A DNA stretch of 64,000 nucleotides from an uncultured Gammaproteobacteria bacterium. GTDB taxonomy: Bacteria; Patescibacteriota; Patescibacteriia; SG8-24. Each line of letters opens with the position of its first letter. Position 1 is the stretch's first letter. The notes beneath the pieces are model-generated. The model was not told the DNA's origin. It worked only from the letters and a program-made list of their open reading frames with translations, and did not search any database. The stretch is from positions 64,841-128,840 of the forward strand of contig CAZBFO010000005.1 of NCBI GenBank assembly GCA_964491475.1, given 5' to 3'. Of this stretch, positions 59,486 to 64,000 are shown one piece after another. Made by a program: the position numbers and the translations under genes.

Positions 59486-59818
59486 ATGAAAAGAAACGCG
59501 AGTCCCATTCCGCCTTGGGGTGCCGAAGACGCCGCACTGCGTCGGATGTCCGCTGCCCTCTTCGTGCTGGCAGCACTTTCGCTCGCTTACGACGTCGTGT
59601 CGTTGGCCAGCGGACCGGTCGATCTCAATCGGCACCTGCCATTTCTGTTTCCGTTCGTGCTGACGCTGTTCGGCATCTTCTGCCGAAAGGCATCTCGAAG
59701 CCGTAAGCTGCCCGGCAATACGGGCCAGGCTGCCGATGAATACGACCGCAGTTCCTGCCTGCATCCGGATAATCACCCCAAGGGCCGCCGCGACGCTCCC
59801 GACGGTACGTCCGATTGA
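59486..59818 (+). CDS. Small two-TM hypothetical protein
   Basis: AGGAG RBS; terminator at 59833-59866. Confidence 0.6.
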   Translation: MKRNASPIPPWGAEDAALRRMSAALFVLAALSLAYDVVSLASGPVDLNRHLPFLFPFVLTLFGIFCRKASRSRKLPGNTGQAADEYDRSSCLHPDNHPKGRRDAPDGTSD

Positions 59819-59931
59819 TACGTTCTCCGCACAAGCCCCGCCTCATCAAGAGGCGGGGCTTTTCTTTACAAGAAGGCGATTTTTTGCTAAAATAAACACC
59901 GTTACCGTCTAGAAAAATCTGATTTTTTCTT

Positions 59932-60951
59932 ATGAAAGGCGAACTTCCGAAGGTCGATCATCCGGGCGTTGAAAGGGGCGAAAAATCCGCCAATGACAAT
60001 GCCAAGCCCGAGAAGGCCGAAAGCGGTGAAAAGGGAGAAAAGAGCGAACTTATCTCCCTGGCCGATTTCCTCAAGGAAGCCGACGAGACCATGGGGTCCG
60101 TCGTCCAGGCGCTTGAGCGCGAGCGCGGCTATGCTGCGGAGGTGCGCAAGATGGGTGCCCGCGTGACCCGCGAGACCGCCCAAAAGATTGCCGACCTCGA
60201 GAAGCAACGCGACAGTCTCGAACAGGCCGTCGATGAGGCTGCGCATGATTTGGCATTCACGGATTGGGTCGCATCCAAGCGAGAGAACGCCGGCGAGAAG
60301 CCCTTGGATGAGATGGTGACGAAAAAGCTGCGCACTCCCGAACTGGAAGCGCTGCTTAATGATCCCGATGCCATCGATATCACCGACGACATGATCGTGG
60401 AGGTGCAGTCCGAGGTCGAACTGAAGGTACTCGAGGCACAGCTCCAGGAAGAGGCGGACAACGCCCAGTTCGAAATGGCTGACATCATCGAGCAGCTGCA
60501 TGAAATCAAGAAGAGGGCCAAAAAGGCGGAGAAGCCCCAATGGGATCCGGAGCTTCGCAAGAGCCTTCGCGACATCTTGAGCACCCGCGCCGCGGAACTC
60601 GAGGCGCGCATCACGGAACTTTCAAAGCCCGAGCGCCCCGACAGCGAAATGGACGACATCGACAGGTACTATGCCCGTCAGCGCGCCGAGGAGCTGAAGA
60701 GCTCTCGCGCGGAGCTGAAGCAGGTGTTCGCGCAGGGCATTGAGATGGACAGGTCAGAGATCGAGGAAAACGCCGGACCTACCGAACAGCAGCACATGGA
60801 TCAGATGCTCGCCGGCGTGCTCGAAGCCCGATTCAACGATCTGCAGAACTATACCCGCACGCTCAAGGAAAAGATCAAGGATGTCCGCGTCGATCTGGGC
60901 TTGGTCAAAGGCCTCGACAAGGGTAATGCCGACATGAGGAAGGCCGCGTGA
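59932..60951 (+). CDS. Acidic coiled-coil hypothetical protein
   Basis: E/K/A/L-rich heptads; terminator at about 60965-61001. Confidence 0.75.
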   Translation: MKGELPKVDHPGVERGEKSANDNAKPEKAESGEKGEKSELISLADFLKEADETMGSVVQALERERGYAAEVRKMGARVTRETAQKIADLEKQRDSLEQAVDEAAHDLAFTDWVASKRENAGEKPLDEMVTKKLRTPELEALLNDPDAIDITDDMIVEVQSEVELKVLEAQLQEEADNAQFEMADIIEQLHEIKKRAKKAEKPQWDPELRKSLRDILSTRAAELEARITELSKPERPDSEMDDIDRYYARQRAEELKSSRAELKQVFAQGIEMDRSEIEENAGPTEQQHMDQMLAGVLEARFNDLQNYTRTLKEKIKDVRVDLGLVKGLDKGNADMRKAA

Positions 60952-61014
60952 CCGTTCACGCAAAAGAAAAACCGCCCGTTGCCGTGGGCGGTTTTCGTTT
61001 TGCGCGGTCGCGCA

Positions 61015-61452
61015 TCACGAAACGGTGAGCTGCCTGCGAACGTCACGCAGGCGCGTGATCGCGCGTCGTCGTTCGAGCAGCGAGCAGGTGCCGATGAGGC
61101 TGATCTGCGGAAGCAGTCGATCGATTGACGCCTGCATGGCGGACACGTTGAGTGTTTCGAAGTGCGACCTGCACGTTGCCAGTAATCCTTCGCGGACGAA
61201 CTTGGGAAGCGTATGGTCGCAGAGCAGCGTAAGGTAGGCGATCTTCGCCCTGTAGGCGGCGTGTCTGGCACGGATGTCCGTGCCCTCGCAGGTATCGTGA
61301 CGGGCACGCCCGTCGGACGCGATGTCGCCGGCCGAGTAATCCACCGTTTGTCCACAGAAGTGGCAGTTCCCGATGATCCGGCACTTGTCTTCGAATGATC
61401 CTGGGACCATCCGCTTGGCGATTTGCATCAATCCCTTGAATCTAATGAGCAC
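61015..61452 (-). CDS. Hypothetical protein, possible Zn finger
   Basis: CHFC...HDTC; GGAGG RBS; TTGACA promoter upstream on the minus strand. Confidence 0.6.
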   Translation of the reverse strand: MLIRFKGLMQIAKRMVPGSFEDKCRIIGNCHFCGQTVDYSAGDIASDGRARHDTCEGTDIRARHAAYRAKIAYLTLLCDHTLPKFVREGLLATCRSHFETLNVSAMQASIDRLLPQISLIGTCSLLERRRAITRLRDVRRQLTVS

Positions 61453-61543
61453 GGCAACCTCCCCTCGGGCTTATACCCGACCGCGGAATGTACCTTAAAA
61501 CAGCCATTTTGTCAAGGCTGATAGCAAGGCATTCCAGCGCCCC

Positions 61544-61707
61544 TTGACACGTTATTTTTGGTAGGGCACAATGTACGAAGTTCTTGAAATCGATATCCAC
61601 AGAAACCGCTGGCGAGGCCGCTTAATTCGTGAATGTCCACGACATGGTCCGTCAAGCAAATTTCATCCGCTCCGACTGTTGACAGGTCTCCTCGTACAGT
61701 GTACGAT
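61544..61707 (+). promoter_or_regulatory. Tandem P1/P2-type promoters of the 23S rRNA gene
   Basis: TTGACA(61544)-17-CACAAT and TTGACA(61679)-17-TACGAT. Confidence 0.75.
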
Positions 61708-62087
61708 GCGACCGCTTCTGAAGATTTAAAAGGCGGTTTTTTTGACCCAATGCCACGAATGCCACGAAAATGATAAATCGTTTTCGTCACACGTAGAAAG
61801 GACCCAGAAGCGGGTAACGGTGGACACACCGTTCTCCACTTCTGGGGCCAAACTCTCCAATGCCAACAAGGTGGTAAGAGGGGGAAGGTCCAGACCATTG
61901 ACAACTGCATACAGAATCAGCAAGTAGGTCATCCGTCCTATCGAGGGGCGAGATGACATGTTATCAAGGTCTAACAACGTCTAAGCTTGGACCGTTCGGA
62001 GTGCGCCGTTGTAAGCGGTTGCATGAAGGCGGTTCTGCACGAAGTACGAAACACAACCGCAAGGACGTTTTCGTGCTTCAGTGGAAA

Positions 62088-63186
62088 AATGGGTGCAATA
62101 AGGGTGTATTGGTGGATGCCTCGACACAAAATGCCGATGAAGGACGTAGCAGCCTGCGAAAAGCTTCGGGGAGGTGGCAAGCAACCTTTGATCCGGAGAT
62201 ATCCGAATGGGGAAACCTGGTTCGATGTTGAATCGAATCGCAAACTAGGGCGACCTAGGGCGTGGGTACCCGCTGAAGTGAAACATCTCAGTAAGCGGAG
62301 GACAAGAAAAAAACCACAGTCTTTAGTCTTAGGTGGATTGACCGCAGCAATGCGAGATGCACATCTAAGACTAATGACTGCAATTCCCTAAGTAGTGGCG
62401 AGCGAACGGGGAGCAGCCTAAACTCATCATGTGTGGCGTTACACTGAGTATGGATAGCAATATTCGTACCGCAGGTGGCGCTTAAAGGTACGAGCCGTTG
62501 CATGGTGGGTGTTGTACGATGCCAATTAGGAATACTCGTAATGTTCCGACGCAGTAAAAGAGTCGTATATAACAGAACGATCTGGAAAGGTCGGCCAAAG
62601 CGGGTGATAGCCCCGTATGTGAAATGTACCGCTACTGCGTGATAGGCATTCGTAAGTAATACGAAACTCGTGAAATTTCGTATGAAGCAGCGACGACTAT
62701 GTCGCAAGGCTAAATACATTTTGTGATCGATAGTGAACGAGTACCGTGAGGGAAAGGTGAAAAGCAGCCCGGGAGGGCGATGAAACAGTATCTGAAACCC
62801 TACGCCTACAAGGAGTCGGAGCTCTAACTGCAGCAATGCAGGGAGTCACGGCGTTCCTATTGAAGAATGAGCCAACGAGTTGGCTGCATGTTGCTCGGTT
62901 AAGTCCCTGAGGGGACGAAGCCAAAGTGAAAGCGAGCCTTAACGGGCGCCGTTAACTCTCTGCTCTGTATCCGGTTCGCCGGAGACAGGGTTGAGATGTT
63001 AACAGGTAGCATGCACCAGACCCGAAACCCGGTGAGCTAGCCATGACCAGGATGAACCAACGGTAACACGTTGGGGAGGTCCGAACCCGTTAGCCGTGCG
63101 ACACTATGGGATGAGTTGTGGCTAGAGGTGAAATTCCAATCGAACTGGGTGATAGCTGGTTTTCCGGGAAATAGCTTTAGGGCTGG
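62088..63186 (+). rRNA. rrl: 23S rRNA, 5' part (to about E. coli position 830); ends approximate
   Basis: GGTGGATGCC, GATGAAGGACG, GAAACATCTCAGTA, AGTACCGTGAGGGAAAGG, GACCCGAAACC, GATAGCTGGTT. Confidence 0.95.
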
Positions 63187-63435
63187 GTCGTAACCCTTTA
63201 TGGAAAGATCGCGCTTATCACTATTTGCGTAGGCAACACCGCGCCAGACATAAAGCTTCCAAAGCGTCTGGCCGGTATATTTTCTAGACACAATTGCGCG
63301 CGTACAAGCCGAGATCGCAATATCGCCGGTCTCTTTAGTGCATGTATCTAGATCACCTGCTATCGCTGGTCTGGTCAGTAACCCCGCCATCAAGATAAGC
63401 AACGACGAAGTCACACGTCGCCAATACGTCTTCAT
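63165..63435 (-). CDS. N-terminal fragment of an exported TPR protein (Rhizobiales-like), truncated at the junction
   Basis: Signal peptide, AISACTRAI, Y.WRGVAY, YD.ALKL.P; GGGGAG RBS. Confidence 0.6.
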
Positions 63436-63752
63436 GTTCTCCCCCCACTCGAAGTAATCGGCGATGGCAAATTATCACACCCATTGCGTCCATCCATCCA
63501 GAGAGGGTTAGCTTTTCAAGCTGAGAGCAGCGTTGCAGCTAGCCGATGTCTCGGATAGGTCTTGGTCGTGTCAAAACGCACTGGTGTAGCCGGCCTTGCC
63601 CGCCGGGTCATGTCTGCTTCGCTCCGAAAGCGTACCCTAGGTCAGGGCTGCGCGACTTCCGCACAAGACCTATCCGCTGCTCCAGCAGGCGGGCTTAAGG
63701 GATTTCGTGTAGCGAGAAGACGGCTCATGGCCGGACGAGCGCCACTCAATGT

Positions 63753-63835
63753 CGTCATTGCGAGCGAAGCGAAGCAATCCAGGGCCTCGCGCACGGACTC
63801 TGGATTGCTTCGTCGCTTCGCTCCTCGCAATGACG
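63753..63835. repeat. Alphaproteobacterial (Bradyrhizobium/Rhizobiales-type) palindromic REP-like element
   Basis: CGTCATTGCGAGCGAAGCGAAGCAATCCA...TGGATTGCTTCGTCGCTTCGCTCCTCGCAATGACG inverted repeat. Confidence 0.85.
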
Positions 63836-63868
63836 TCCAGCTCGCGCTGGACCCAGACACAAAGAGGC

Positions 63869-64000
63869 CTACCGGCTATCCAAATACGACACCTGCTCGA
63901 TCGCCGCGGGCGCGATCGTATTCGTCGTCTCCGGCTCGGCGGACTGCAGCACGAAGCCCGCCGCGCGCACCGCCGTCTGGATCGGCGGCCGCGTCACCTG
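63869..64000 (-). CDS. 3' end of an unidentified CDS
   Basis: Open frame ...AGFVLQSAEPETTNTIAPAAIEQVSYLDSR* ending just before the REP element. Confidence 0.4.
   Translation of the reverse strand, partial: QVTRPPIQTAVRAAGFVLQSAEPETTNTIAPAAIEQVSYLDSR

Noticed and set aside
61953-62924. Several short ORFs
   Set aside because: They lie within the 23S rRNA and its leader
63187-64000. Self-splicing intron with a homing endonuclease in the 23S, as often seen in CPR
   Set aside because: No group I/II core or LAGLIDADG/HNH motif seen; content is an antisense TPR fragment and a REP element

Overview
High-GC bacterial chromosome segment read with the standard code. Gene content and style point to a Patescibacteria/CPR (Parcubacteria, probably Uhrbacteria-like) genome; this is inferred from GAGC-lipobox lipoproteins, a tandem VirB2/TrbC-like pilin array, orphan solute-binding proteins, GT-C glycosylation genes, many apparently leaderless genes and an unlinked 23S rRNA. 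The window holds about 65 CDS, 4 tRNAs (Ser-CGA, Leu-TAA, Gly-GCC, Leu-TAG) and the 5' ~1.1 kb of a 23S rRNA. After ~63190 the sequence switches abruptly to Rhizobiales-like DNA, probably a chimera or contaminant. Main observations: (1) a kaiC-kaiB-PAS kinase operon whose KaiC has lost the CII Walker-A lysine and both phosphorylation sites, divergent from a second orphan kinase; (2) a recurring GGCT-N6-AGCC palindrome centred about -62 at three similar sigma70 promoters, plus boxA-like leader elements, suggesting an undescribed regulon that includes a diguanylate cyclase; (3) a divergent serpin-like gene next to a trypsin-like lipoprotein protease; (4) six pilin-like genes co-oriented with galU and two permease-less sugar-binding lipoproteins. 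All assignments come from motif recognition by eye; no searches were run.
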